Source: Felis catus (lineage: Eukaryota). From it: DNA of 64,000 bases. The notes below the pieces were generated by a model, which had not been told where the DNA came from, made no database searches, and saw only the letters and a list, made by a program, of their open reading frames with translations. The translations under genes were made by a program, and so were the position numbers. The stretch is taken from positions 106,642,001 to 106,706,000 of the forward strand of contig NC_058373.1 in the NCBI RefSeq assembly GCF_018350175.1, given 5' to 3'. Below, piece by piece: positions 28,877 to 42,918 of the stretch; position 1 is the stretch's first letter, and the number at the start of each line of letters is the position of its first letter.

Positions 28877-30648
28877 GGTGTGACATCTTTATCCATTCAT
28901 CAATTGATAAGTCAATTGATGGCTGTTTCCATAATTTGACTATTGTACATGATGCTGCTGCAAACATCAGGATGCATATATCCCTTTGAATTAGTGTTTC
29001 TGTATTCTTTAGGTAAATATCCAGTAGTGTGATTCCTGGATCATCAGGTAGTTCTATTTTTAACTTTTTGAGGAACCTCTACACTGTTTTCCAGAGGGGC
29101 TGCATCAGTTTGCATTCCCAGCAACAGTGCAAGAGGGTTCCCCTTTCTCCACATCCTCACCAACATCCGTTGTTTCCTGTGTTGTTGATTTTAGCCACTA
29201 GGACAGGTTTTGATTTGCATGTCCCTGATGATGAGTGATATTCAGCATCTTTTCATGTGCCTGTTGGCCATCTATATGTCTTCTCTGGAAAAATGTCTTT
29301 TGTGTCTTCTGCACATTTTTAATTAGATTATTTTGTTTTGGGGTGTTGAGTTTTACACGTTCTCTATATATTTTGGATGCTAACCCTTTATTGGATATGT
29401 CATTTGCAAATATCTTCTCCCTTCAGTAGGTTCTCTTTTAGCTTTATTGGTTGTTTCCTTTGCTGTGCAGAAGCTTTTCATTTTGGTGTAGTCCCATTAG
29501 TCTATTTTTGCTTTTGTTTCCTTTGCCTCAAGAGACATATCTAAAAAGAAGTTGCTATGGCCAATGTCAAATAAATTACTGCCCTGTGTTCTCTTCTAGG
29601 ATTCTTACTGTTTCAGATCTCACATTTAAGTTTTTAATCCATTTTGAATTTATTTTTGTGTATGGTGTAAGAAAGTGGTCCAGTTCCATTCTTTTGCATG
29701 TAGCTGTCAAGTTTTCCCAAACCATTTGTTAAAAAGACTGTCTTTTTCCATGGGATATTCTTTCCTGCTTTGTTGTAGATTAATTAACCATATTATTGTG
29801 AGTTCATTTCTAGGTTTTCTGTTATGTTCCATTAATCTATGTGTCTATTTTTATGCTGATACCATACTGTTTTGATTAATACAGCTTTGTAATATAACTT
29901 GAAGTCCAAAATTGTGATCTCTCCAGCTTTGCTTTTATTTTTCAAGATTTCTTGGGCTTTTAAATGTCTTTTGTGGTTCCATACAAATTTTAGGATTGTT
30001 TGTTCTAGCTCTGTAAAAAAATGCTGTTGGTATTTTGATACGACTTGCATTAAAACATAGATTGCTTTGGTTATTATAGACATTTTAACAAGAGACAAAG
30101 AAGGGCACTATATAATAATAAAGGGGATAATCCAATAAGGAGATATAACAATTGTAAATATTTATGCATCCAACATGGGAGGACTCAATTACATAAAACA
30201 ATTAATAACAAACATAAAGGGACTAGCTGATAATAATACAATAATAGTAGGGGACTTTAACATCCCACTTACATCAATGGACATGATCATCTAAACAGAA
30301 AATCAACAAGGAAACAATGGTTTTGAATAATAACACACAGGACTTGATGAACTTAACAGATATATCCAGACATTCCACCTTAAAACAGCAGAATACAGAT
30401 TCTTTTCAAGTGCACCTGGAACATTCTCCAGAACAGATCACATATTAGGCCACAAAACAGGCTTCACCAAATTCAGGAAGATCAAAATTATACCATGCAC
30501 CTTTTCTGACCACAACATTATGAAACTAGAAGTCAACCACAAGAAAAAAATCTGGATAGACCACAAATAAATAGAAGTTAAATAACATGCTACTAAACAA
30601 TGAGTGGGTCAACCAGAAAATAAAAAAATAAATTTAAAAATACATGGC

Positions 30649-30870
30649 GGGGCGCCTGGGTGGCTCAGTCGGTTGAGCGTCTGACTTCGGCTCAGGTCAC
30701 GATCTCACGGTCCGTGAGTTCGAGCCCCGCGTCAGGCTCTGGGCTGATGGCTCAGAGCCTGGAGCCTGCTTCCGATTCTGTGTCTCCCTCTCTCTCTGCC
30801 CCTCCTCCATTCATGCTCTGTCTCTCTCTGTCCCAAAAATAAATAAACATTAAAAAAAATTCTTTAAAAA
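30649..30870 (+). mobile_element. Young Can-SINE in L1
   Basis: near-consensus; TSD aaaaatacatgg. Confidence 0.92.
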
Positions 30871-31845
30871 ATACATGGAAACAAATGAAAATGACAACAT
30901 AACAGTCCAAAATCTTTGGGGTGCAGCAAAAGTGGTTCTAAGAGGGAAGTAGATAGCAACATAAGTCTACCTTAAGAAGCAAGAAAAAAGAATCTCAAAT
31001 AAACAACTTAACCTTAAACTGGAGGAGCTACAAAAAGAACAACAAATGAAGCTCAAAGCCAGCAGAAGGAAGGAAAAAATAAAGTTTAGAGCAGAATAAA
31101 AGATATAGAAACTAAAAAAAAAAAATAATAGAACATATCGATGAAACCAGGAGGTAGTTCTTTGAAAAAAATTAATAAAATTGATAAACCTCTAGTCAGA
31201 CTCATCAAAAAGAAAAAAGAAAGGACCCAAATAAATAAAGTCACAGATGAGAGAGGAAAAATGACAACAAACACCACAGAAATATAATTATAAGACAATA
31301 TTATGAAAAATTGTATGCCAAGAAATTGGACAACCTAGAAGAAATGAATAAATTTCTAGAAACATATTAATTACCAAAAGTGAAACAGGAAGAAATAGAA
31401 AATTTGGACAGACCAATAACCAGCAAAGACATTGACTCAGTAATCAAAAAACTTCAACAAAAGTCCAGGATCAGATGGCTTCACAGGTGAATTCTACCAA
31501 ACATTTAAAAAAGAGTTAGTACCCATTCTTCTCAAACTATTCCAAAAAATACAAAAGAAAAGAAAACTTCTAAATTTATTCTTTGAGGTTAGCATTACCC
31601 TGACCAGATATCAAAATCAGATAAAGACGCCAAACACAAAAAAGAACTACACTCCAATATCTCTGATAAACAGAGATAAACATAGATGCAAATATCCTCA
31701 ACAAAGTACTAGCAAACCAAATCCAACAATACATTAAAAAAAATAATTCACCATCAAGTGAGATTCATTCCTGGGTTGCAAGGATGGTTCAATACTTGCA
31801 AATACATCACATTAATAAAAGAAAGGATAAGAACCATCTGATCAT

Positions 31846-32082
31846 TGGGGCGCCTGGGTGGCACAGTCGGTTAAGCGTCCGACTTCAGCCAGGTCACGAT
31901 CTCGCGGTCCGTGAGTTCGAGCCCCGCGTCAGGCTCTGGGCTGATGGCTCAGAGCCTGGAGCCTGTTTCCGATTCTGTGTCTCCCTCTCTCTCTGCCCCT
32001 ACCCCGTTCATGCTCTGTTTCTCTCTGTCCCAAAAATAAATAAACGTTGAAAAAAAAAAAAATTAAAAAAAAAAAAAAAAAA
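31846..32082 (+). mobile_element. Very young Can-SINE in L1
   Basis: perfect TSD aagaaccatctgatcatt, long A-tail, CpGs intact. Confidence 0.94.
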
Positions 32083-32921
32083 AGAACCATCTGATCATTT
32101 CAATAGATACAGAAAAAGTATTTGACAAAGTACATCCATTCATGATAAAAAAAACCCGACACAAAGTAGGTTTAGAGGTAACATACCTCAATGTAATAAA
32201 GGCCATCTATGAAAAACCCACACCCAATATCATCCTCAATGGGGAAATACTGAGAGCTTTTCCTCTACGGTCAGGAACAAGACAGGAATGTCCACTTTCA
32301 CCACTGTTATTTAACACAGTACTAGATTTCCTAGCCACAGCAATCAGATAACAAAAAGAAATGAGGAATCCAGATCAGCAAGGAAGAGGTAAAACTTTCA
32401 CTATTTGCTGATGACATGATACTCCATATAGAAAACCTGAAAAACTCCACCAAAAAACTGCTAGAACTGTGAAATGAATTCAGGAAAGTTGCAGGGTACA
32501 AAATCAATATACAGAAATCTGTTGCATTTCTATACACCAATGCTGAAGCAACACAAAGAGAAATTAAGGAATCTATCCCATTTAAAATTGCACCAAATAC
32601 AATAAGATGCCTAGGACTAAACCTAACCAAAGAGATGAAAGACCTGTACTCTGAAAACTAGAAAACACTGATGAAAGAAATTAAAGATGACACAATGAAA
32701 TGAAAAAAAAAAAAAATCCCATGCTCACAGATCAGAAGAAAAAATATTGTTAAAAGGGAATTTATTTAAAAAAAATTCTTAAGTAGGATGTCTAGTTCAT
32801 TTTTAGGTTTCAAAACACTGCTTAGCAGCATATTAAAAGTTTTGATATGTAGTATTTTTCCTGTTCTTTATTTCTTAAAATCTAGTCTCCAAAAGATTTC
32901 TTTATTCCATGAATGATTGAG

Positions 32922-32923
<2 letters not shown>

Positions 32924-32968
<45 letters not shown>

Positions 32969-32995
32969 TGTGTCTGTGTCTGTGTGTCTGTGTGT
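32924..32995. repeat. (TG)n / (TCTG-TG) microsatellite
   Basis: seen directly. Confidence 0.95.
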
Positions 32996-33184
32996 GAATT
33001 TCAAACCTATGAAGTGTTTTTTGTTATCTCTTTGTCATTTATTTCTGTTACTGTGTTTTGGTCAGAGGAGACAGTCTATACATTCTTTGGTATTTATAAG
33101 ACTTTCTTTCTGGCCTATAATGTGGTTCATTTTTTAAACCTCTATTATATATATATACACTACATTAGAAAAAAATAGATTGTT

Positions 33185-33380
33185 GGCATGCCTGGGTGGT
33201 TCAGTCAGTTAAGCGTCCAACTTTTCAGCTCAGGTGTTGAGGGCGAGCCCTGCTTCGGGATCCACACTGGGCATGGAGCCTGCTTGAGATTCTGTCACCT
33301 CCCTTTACCTTTCTCCTCCTCCCCCACTCACACTCTTTCTCTCTCTCTCTCTCTCAAAAAAAAATAATAATAATAAAATA
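33185..33380 (+). mobile_element. Can-SINE
   Basis: SINE consensus; TSD aaaatagattgtt. Confidence 0.85.
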
Positions 33381-33469
33381 GATTGTTTATTCATTCCCCT
33401 TTGATGAAAATTTGTCTCTTTTTGTCTCTTCTTCATGATCACAAGATGTGCTATATACTTTTTCTTTGC

Positions 33470-34030
33470 TGTCAGTCCCCCAAGAACACCCCCACATTCA
33501 GAGATTTGCTGAAAGAACTCAAGGGACTTAGCATATCATTGTACTCATGGCTAAAATTTATTAAATGACATAGTGAGGATTCACAGCCAGGTGATGAGGA
33601 AAAAAGACACAGGTGGAGTCTGGAGAATTGATAAGTAGGCTTCCTTATGCTCTTTCTCTCCCATGAGGGAGAGAAGGGTCACATAGTACATACTCTTCAC
33701 CCAGCAACAAAAATGCAGCAACATGTGTTTATGTTTCTACCCAGGAAATTCCACTACACTTAGCATTCAAGAATTTTGTTGGAAGTTGGTCACATATGTA
33801 CCCAATGCCCATCACATACCAAAACTCCAGACTCCCAGAAGGAAAGCAAGTTGACCATAAATCATATCATTTGGGTAAGCAGTCTAGGCACAGTGAACTA
33901 CCTTTAATCAGTTAAGGAATGGTGGGAACACTTCCAAAATCCAAGTACCAAAAACTAGTCAAGAGCTATCCTTGCAAGCCGACCTTTCTAAAGATAACAG
34001 TTTCAGGCCTACTATGTTAACTCTTCCTAT
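33470..34030. mobile_element. ERVL LTR (MER77/MER21 group-like)
   Basis: tgtcagtccccaagaacacccc...ctccagactcccagaaggaaagca...tcaggcctactatgttaactc. Confidence 0.65.
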
Positions 34031-34447
34031 ATACCTTCTTATGTACACATGCAAATATTTTTCAGAGTAGGCTGACAAACTATGAAGGGATGGATTATAC
34101 AATCCAACAGATGTGTACTGAATTCAATTGGACAGTGCCTATGGGAAAATACCATATAAGTTTCAAAGTAATTACTCATAAATGAATTTTTATAGCATAA
34201 TCCTATTCATGAGTTGAGATTGCCTGTAGTTAATGAACAATATTATATACTCTAAAAAGAGACTAAACGTCTAAATGGTAGTCTTGGTTAACAAAAAAGT
34301 TCTAATCTTCATTTAGTATAACAAGAAATTGAGAAATCTTTCAAAAAGGGAGCTCATATTTGTATCAGCTAACACTACAAATTAGCTATTATCTGTCATT
34401 TTTGGTGCCCAGGTTAAATTTCTTTCTCTATAAAAGTTAATCTTTGA

Positions 34448-34720
<273 letters not shown>

Positions 34721-34876
34721 TAGAATGTTCTGGTAGACTATTTTAGTATCTATTTTAGTGATTACTATCAAAAGCATCTTGATCTGGTGAATAGAGCATA
34801 TACATACATGCAAATTCCAGGGAAGCTCCTTTTTCTAATAATGTCGTTTGATATAAAGAAAATTATTTAAAATCTT

Positions 34877-35080
34877 GGGGTGCCTGGATGGCTCAGTTGG
34901 TTAAGTGCCCAACTCTTGATTTTGGCTCAGGTCATGATCTCACGGTTTGTGACTTTAAGCCCACGTCGGACTTTGTGCTGACAGCAAGAAGCCTGCTTCA
35001 GATCCTCCGTCTCCCTCTCTGCCCCTCCCTGCTTTCTCTCTCAAAAATAAATAAATATTAAAAATAAGATAAAATAAAAT
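34877..35080 (+). mobile_element. Can-SINE
   Basis: SINE consensus with A-tail; TSD taaaatct. Confidence 0.88.
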
Positions 35081-35975
35081 CTGTGTACCTCTTGCTCAAT
35101 ATGTGAGATAATGCTAGAAGGTAAGAAACTATAACATATCACTTCTATAAACAGAAACTAACAAACTCTTTCAGTTTAGCAGATAGGAAGGGAAGGAAGG
35201 AATTCTGACCTCAACACTCTGGACTATGTAGTTCATTTAACAAGGGAGATGTGTGCTTCTTTCTTGTCGGCCAGAATAATTGTGCCTTTTACCCATGAAC
35301 GCTAAAAAGGTATCTGACCATGACATGAAAGAGTTTAGAGAGAGAAGCCACAAAGCATACCATTAGGAAATTCTGTCCTTGGCCACCAGGATTCTTCATG
35401 ACCATCCTCCAAAGACTAAACTTAACCCAGAAAAGCTATAGTTTTTGAACAAAGAAGTAACCTTATTAGAGCTGTGCCTTTGCAAGATTTGAGAAAGAAG
35501 ACGCTGGAAGCAGGGAAACCAGTTAAGAGGCTTTTAGAGATTATGAAGACCTAGACTAGGGTGGGGCAGTTAAGAAGGTAAGTGAACCTCTAAAGTAAGT
35601 GAAAGCCAGAGAGCAAGGACATCAGTCAGTTAACAAATAACACTTTTGAAACTCATATTGAAAAGAAAAGAAGATTACCATAGATGCTTTTACTTAATCA
35701 ATGGATTACCCAGCACTCTCCATCCCTTCTGTAAAATAAATCGATTCCCAGAGCACACTGGAAGTTTGATACTAGAAGGCTCTTCTCCAGCCCACTTCTG
35801 CCTTCAGCAGATTTACACATTTATCAAGAGCTGGCTGTTTTGTCAAAAACTTGTATGTCAGTTCTTTTATCTTAAAAAGCCAGATATGCTATAAATGCAA
35901 ATTTTAAATTACTATTTGTATATTTCTATGATAACCAAAATAGGGTACTTTGGAAAATCTGGATAAAGATCAATC

Positions 35976-35991
35976 ACACACGTACACACGT

Positions 35992-36035
<44 letters not shown>

Positions 36036-36041
36036 ACACAC
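35976..36041. repeat. (CA)n microsatellite
   Basis: seen directly. Confidence 0.95.
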
Positions 36042-36341
36042 AAATAGTGTCAAATAGGTTAGGAGGAAAATCTTGTAAAAAATGGGAGAAAATTATAAAA
36101 ATTCAAACACAATATGTGGGAAAATTATTTTAAAAATTCTTGTGTTCAAATTTTCCCCACATGTCTTTAAATTCTTACTACTTTAAAGAAACCAAAACTG
36201 GAAGTTGTAGGCAAAACATTAAGGATAGCTTTATCTAAGAACAATGAGATAAAATACCAATCAAGGGACTCTTATAGAAAAGGCCTTAGCCATCACAAGA
36301 TTCATGAGCGCATGTACATTTATGTTTTATGACTAAAAAAT

Positions 36342-36570
36342 AGGAGTGCCTGGGTGGCTTAGTCAGTTAAGCATCTGACTCTTGATTTCAGCTCAGGTCA
36401 TGATCTCATGGTTTGTGAATTCAAACCCTGCATCGGGCTTTGTGCTGATGGTGGAGAGGCTGTTTGGGATTCTATTTCCCTCTCTCTCTGTCCCTCCCCT
36501 GCTTGCTCTCTCTCTCTCTCAAAATAAATAAAATTAACTTTAAAAAATGTTTTAAATAAATCTAAAAAAT
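36342..36570 (+). mobile_element. Can-SINE
   Basis: SINE consensus; TSD ctaaaaaata. Confidence 0.88.
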
Positions 36571-37014
36571 AAACATGAATTATATATACAATTCTTAGTT
36601 ATTTCCTGATTTTTTTCATCAACCTTGACATTTTTTGGTTAACCAAGGAGCTTCTATTATAGGTCAAAGTAGTCACAGAGACCTGCAAGACTTAAAGTTG
36701 TACAGTGTTATTAATATTATCTACATTAGGCAAAGGAAGTGGTTCATTTGTAAGTTATATCTATAAAAATTATTCTAAAAATTATGCTTTGTGAAAAAAA
36801 AATCTTAGCTACTAATTTGTATGACTTCACTAAGAAAGAGCACCATCTAATGTGATCTACTGAAATTACTGTCACAGGTCCTAGTCTTTCAAAAGAGAGC
36901 AAATAATCAAATAAAATTTAGGTCAGTGATCTAAGGCTCCTTTCCCCTCTCTATTTTATATTCCTGGAGCAAGTCATTTCTTACTTCCAGAAGTGGAAAA
37001 CTAAAGGAAACTTG

Positions 37015-37500
37015 AGTTTCCCACTGCTGCTGTAATAAATTACTCAAATTTAGTGGCTTGAAACAACACAAATTTATTATCTTATAGTTCTAGAGGTCAG
37101 AAGTCCAAAAACTGGTCTTACAGGGCTAAACACAGGCAGTTAGTCCTATATTTCTTCTGGAGCTCAAGGAGAGAATTTGTTCTTTGCCTTTTCAAACTTC
37201 TGGAAGTTATCTGCATTCCTTGGCTCATGGTCCTCTTCCAGCAATAGCATCACTTCCACTTCTGATTCCATCTGTACATCTTCTCTGTCTCTGACCCTCC
37301 TGACTCCCCTCCTTCTTATAAGGACTCTTGTGATTGTACTGAGACCACCTAGATAATCAAAGATCATTTCCTCACCTCAAAATCCAATGTAATTATGTCT
37401 GCAAAGTCCCTTTTGTCATATAAGGTAATATATTCACAGGTTTTGGAAATTCAATGTGGACATCTTTTTTGGGGGGGGGCACTATTCTGCCTCCCATACC
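37015..37500. mobile_element. MLT1-type MaLR LTR
   Basis: gctgctgtaataaattac...tagtggcttgaaacaacac...tctgcaaagtcccttttg...actattctgcct. Confidence 0.82.
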
Positions 37501-38014
37501 ACATATGTGAGGGCTCCAGGTGACAGAACTATAAAAACTGTCACATTACAATTTATAAATTGTATTTTAAGGTAATGTTGGCTAATTTGAAAAATTACAT
37601 ATAAATTCACCAAATTACATATAAAGAAATCACTTAGAGAAACTTTAAAGATCCTAATTTCCATATATATTTTTTTATTAGTTTCATGTAGCAGAAAAAA
37701 TACACAAACTCAAATTTTAGTCGATAAGTATTCTACTAAAGGATTTGCTTCTTGGTTATTCTTTTCTATTTCTCATATAGTGAACTCAGATTTTTCCCAT
37801 TACTATATATGATATGCTGATATGCCTTGAGTGAATCTAGACATGTATTCTTGCCATTTGAATCAGTGCCATATAAAAAAAACTTAATTATTGTTCCACT
37901 TATTCTATATGTAAGCATTTTATTAAAAATTATTTTTTGATTTGTCTATACATGGTTAATAAAATAAGGGGGATATCCAAAGTCTTTATTTTAGAGAAAT
38001 CCTTTTTTAGATCT

Positions 38015-38068
38015 TTAAAATTTTATAATGTTTATTTTTGAGAGAGAGACAGCACACACACACACACA

Positions 38069-38114
<46 letters not shown>

Positions 38115-38375
38115 GGGGAGGGGCAGAGAGAGAAGGAGACAGAATCCAAAGCAGATTCCAGGCTCTGAGCTGTCAGCACACAGCCAGACACGGGGCTCGA
38201 ACCCACAAATGGTGAGATTGAGACCTGAGCCAAAGTCGATGCTTAACCGACCGAGCCACCCAGGCACCCGTATTTATTTATTTTTAATTAATCTCTACAG
38301 CCAATGTAGGGCCTGAACTCATGACCCCAAGATCAAGAGTCACATGCTCTTCCAACTGAGCCAGCCAAGTGGCCC
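38015..38375 (-). mobile_element. Two adjacent Can-SINEs; the first carries an internal (CA)n expansion at ~38053-38111
   Basis: two SINE bodies; outer TSD agagaaatc. Confidence 0.87.
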
Positions 38376-39174
38376 AGAGAAATCTATTTTAAGATTCAAT
38401 AACAATGTTTATTTTCATGGCTAGGATAAAATTGAGCCATCATTTCTTTTAGCTATTCAGAAGACACAAAAACAATCCTTTTTCAAGTTTATCACTTAAG
38501 TCTAATTCATTTTTCTTTCAGTTACTGCTGTTCTTTCTTTTTTAAGAGCAAGTAAAGATAATTAACTCTAAAGTTGTCCTTTAAACCAAAACATTTTGGT
38601 CCTTTTGGTTTCAGAAGAAAATTTGACAACATTCTAGATTAGTGATGGGAAGAAACTCTAAAAAGGAATTAGTTAGGGAATTTGGGACTGAGCATCTTTA
38701 GTAAAAAGCCTGATACTTTAGTGCTCATTACAAAGCTGCATTCTTGTTGACACTTATTAAAACAGGGTAATTGGCCATTTTACACTAATGGCAAACACTT
38801 ATATTTCTAGGTAAGTTGACTCATATATTCAGAATTCATATTTTTAAAAGTATAAACAAGGTCAGTCTTAAGACAGAGCAAGCATAAATTTCTAGGGAAA
38901 CCAAGAGTCTCCAGCCTAAAATACTTGTCTCCTCTGTTTGCTGATTCCTGAAATTCTTTTAAAAGCCTCTTAATCCTCAACTAACTTAAAATGTAAACAC
39001 CATTTAGAGAGTTAGCACATTCATTAAGTGATTGTTATAAGATGCTTTTCTTAGTCCCCATTTATTTACTTGTTTTTGAAAAACTAATTAACTGCAAGGC
39101 ACCTGATGAGGTAATATGAGGATTATAAAGATGTTGAAGATATAATGCTTACTATCTAGAAATTCCTGCTCAGT

Positions 39175-39290
39175 AAAAAAGAAAAGAGAAGAGAAAAGAA
39201 AAGAAAAGAAAAGAAAAGAAAAGAAAAGAAAAGAAAAGAAAAGAAAAGAAAAGAAAGAGAAGAGAAAAGAAGAAAAAGAAAAAAAAGAAA
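39175..39290. repeat. (GAAAA)n pentanucleotide microsatellite
   Basis: seen directly. Confidence 0.95.
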
Positions 39291-39608
39291 TGTTACAAAG
39301 GAGAAAAAGTTTAATTCTCATTTTCTTAATTCTACACTTACCTCATTGAGATTCTATGGAGAGAGGGAGATGCCGTCATACTAGTGATGAGTACAGTACA
39401 ATCTGAAAAGACAGAACATAAGGTTCTGAGAGAGGTTAAGTGTTCAAAAGACTGTTTCAGTTTCTGCCTCATACCAACTCAGTTTAGGCATGTAACTCCT
39501 GACCTAAAAATTTTTAAATTATCAAGTGGGGCTTGCAGTAAGGACTAAATCTATTGATCTGAGTTTTGGAAATGAGACATTCTTAACTGGTTTTATTTTA
39601 TTATGTAG

Positions 39609-39806
<198 letters not shown>

Positions 39807-41192
39807 TGAAACAAAAATCTCACTTTGACTTCTAACACTACTTAAAATTGCATTTTTAAATTTACATTTCCTAAAATTGCATGTTTGTTCAAGTTTCATG
39901 TGGCCATTCTGACTTTAGAGTCTATAGTTTTGGGGAGTTTTGTTCAACTACTAATATTTTGTAACTAAACATTTGCTTGTAATGTGAACTTTGTGATACT
40001 TGCACAATTATTTTCTGAATTATGTATTTTCAAAGGCTTTGTTTCATTTTATGTATTTCATAGCATATAACTGCTAAAACCAATTCTTTTGTACATCCTG
40101 CTAAAAGTAGAAATCAGAGGTTTAAAAATATCTGTGACAACAGATTCTTGGGGTACAAAGAGAAGATCGGATTTTATCCTTGAAACCACAAGTAAAGCAT
40201 GCAGCTAATACTAGAGAAAAGTTTCAAGAGGTACAGCTCGAAAGGAGGGAGTATATTAAAAGGACAGGGCATGGAAATGTATCCTTCTATTACACACATT
40301 TTAATTCAGGCTTAGATCAAACCTATTCCCTAATTCCATATCTTCACTGGCTATCTTGTTGGTGAAAGTGGGGATAGCCACTCCTCTCAGGGCTCACCTC
40401 CTCCATTCCCTGTAACATTCCACTTTGCTTGGGACCACTAGTGGCAATAAAATTGAACATCATGAATTTATAAAATGATCTAAGAGCCTACCAAGAATAG
40501 TATATTGTTCTGTGTGATTATTTCAAGAAGAAACTCAGTTAAAAGAAACCCCAAATCATTTACTTTGTTAAGATGTTATTTTTTAACTTATTTTTCATAC
40601 TTCTACATACTAAATGGCTTTAAGATTTTAGTCACGGTGAGAACTTTTATGCTTCTATCTGATAGATATAACTATTAGTAAAATAGGACATACCAAATTT
40701 TTAGCCTCCTTAACAGTACAATGTCCTCTTCGGGAATGGCATCAATATCTTTTTTTTTTTTCCTGGCACTAGTTCAATCCTGAATTCATCTCCATAATGT
40801 CCTCAGATCTGTCTTCAAAATTTGTCTGTGACTATATTTGAGGTTTTTCTTAAAAAGTCTTATAATTTCTCTCCTATCTTCTGACTATGTTGCCCCAATT
40901 TTTATTTTGAAAAATTATGGTCACTTTGTCTGTACATTTATTACAGCACACAGCTCTAGATATTTATATTTTTAAAAATTACCTAGAAATAATCAAATAG
41001 ATTCACTAACTCAGACATTTAAGCAGCATTGAGTGCTAGAAATATATTCCAATTCCATAATTTTATTTAAAATTTTAAATTCATGTTATGAAATATGTAC
41101 AGGATACATTCAGCTCAAGGGCAGCCAAGCTTTATTACTTAATTCATTTCATTACTTACTGCTTCTCATTCTTTCACAATTCCTAATTTCAG

Positions 41193-41361
41193 ACAAAAAA
41201 AACAAGAATGCAGGGACTCTGACAAATAATCCTCGGAGCATCCATGCAGAGATAGCTTTTCGGCAACTCAGAGGAATAGATCCCTCTCCGTCTCTTTTAT
41301 CACATCAGAATATGACATCTCCAACTACACAAATGTACCAGAGCAACCCAGATGAGGGAAG
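41193..41361 (+). CDS. LRRC9: LRRC9 penultimate (possibly cassette) exon: (D)KKNKNAGTLTNNPRSIHAEIAFRQLRGIDPSPSLLSHQNMTSPTTQMYQSNPDEG(R)
   Basis: long pyrimidine tract with aatttcag| acceptor, 169 nt, phase 1 to 2, AG|gtaaaa donor; within ORF 41033..41365. Confidence 0.72.
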
Positions 41362-42178
41362 GTAAAACTATTCTGTGTTTTAACATCATTTCTCATCATT
41401 AAAAAAAAACTCCCTAAATTTGCTAGTCATGTATAAAAATAGAAAACATTATTGTATACTATTATTTATTTACTGAGAGCAGGGAGAAGCTGTCAGATAG
41501 CATAAGGCTTCTCCCACATTCACAAAACCTTTCCCAAAGTCCAGTATATTTACTTCATAATTCAAAAAGACTTAGAAATGGCTATCAAGGTAGAATAGTG
41601 CTCACCTAATGCTTACATGAGGGAACACTGAAATAAACACTTGTAATTATATTCTCTCTGAAGTCACTTCTCACTAAATGTGCAACATGATTCACTTACA
41701 TTTTGAACAACAAGATAAATTCAACTCTGAAATCACGAAACACCAAGAATTTTGTCGATTCTTCAAACCTCTTCTTGTAGTTCCGACTTGCCTCTCCTCC
41801 AGTCTGGACCCTCTCCCTGGAGGCCAGCTCAGTGCCTAAGAACCTGCTACTTCTCATTAAGAATCCACTCTGTTCAACACCTGTCTGCCTAGATTTCCAG
41901 TTATTACCTGTCCCCCAGCTTCTTTGGATCCAAGCTCCAATTCATCTATTAGTGACCTACTCAACAGCAGATCTAGTGTAGGCCTGGCTCTTGATGTACT
42001 GACTTCCTTCCTCTTATCAGTCCTCAGGATAACCTGATTTTTAAATGTCCAAAAATAGGATCATTTTCTCTACTGCACTGTCTTTTTGGAATTGAACACA
42101 TATAAATTACAGAAATTATTTACTGCAGAATGACCTTAAAGTAGCTGATCCATTAGGAAAATAAATCATATTATTTGA

Positions 42179-42337
<159 letters not shown>

Positions 42338-42912
42338 TAAGATAATCATGTTACTTATTTTACTGAAGCACTTCAGTTCCATATGATGATAATTTCTGTC
42401 ACCCTGGTTGAATTTTACTTTGATATCACCTCTCTTAAACTTTTTTTATGATTATCTTAATTATTCATTTGAATTTCTATATTAAAAAAATCATGAACCA
42501 TTATATCCTATAATTTGAAAAGATAGAAGTAGCGTAAAACAAAGTCCAGAGAATCAAATATTTAGTGCTGATATTGGAAGCATTTAGTTACAAACTCTTA
42601 TTGTGGCCTGTCATATGAAGATACTAAGAAAAGGTAATTCTAGTAAATATGCATATTTTATTTGTTGAATATCTGTTCGTTTGGAGTTAACAAAAACTAA
42701 AGTATACATTTCTTACCAAACACAGCTATTACTAAAGCAAGTTGAGCTTTGCTCATTGAATTACAAACTAGTTTTTTAGGACTAAAATTGGGGGAAAAGT
42801 ACACTTAAGCCAGATCTGTCCTAAGAATTGTTTAGAGATGCAAATTATGGGCATCAGTAGTACTTCCTGAAAGTGGCTAATTGCAGGTGCAACTGGGCAT
42901 TCGTGCTCTAAG

Positions 42913-42918
42913 AATAAA
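42913..42918 (+). other. Candidate polyadenylation signal (AATAAA) for LRRC9; further AATAAA at ~43100 and ~43290
   Basis: first canonical AATAAA I found after the terminal exon stop; actual use is not determinable from sequence. Confidence 0.35.

Larger units (their letters stand above)
28430..32755 (-). mobile_element. Carnivore L1 with 5' inversion: 28430-30090 antisense (3' end), 30091-32755 sense (endonuclease to RT)
   Basis: ORF2 peptides on both strands (29832..30098 minus; 32142..32351 plus, [14 protein letters not shown]); orientation switches at 30090. Confidence 0.9.

Noticed and set aside
35620..36660. Possible Tigger-like DNA transposon remnant
   Set aside because: I could not establish terminal inverted repeats or a transposase frame, so it is not called.
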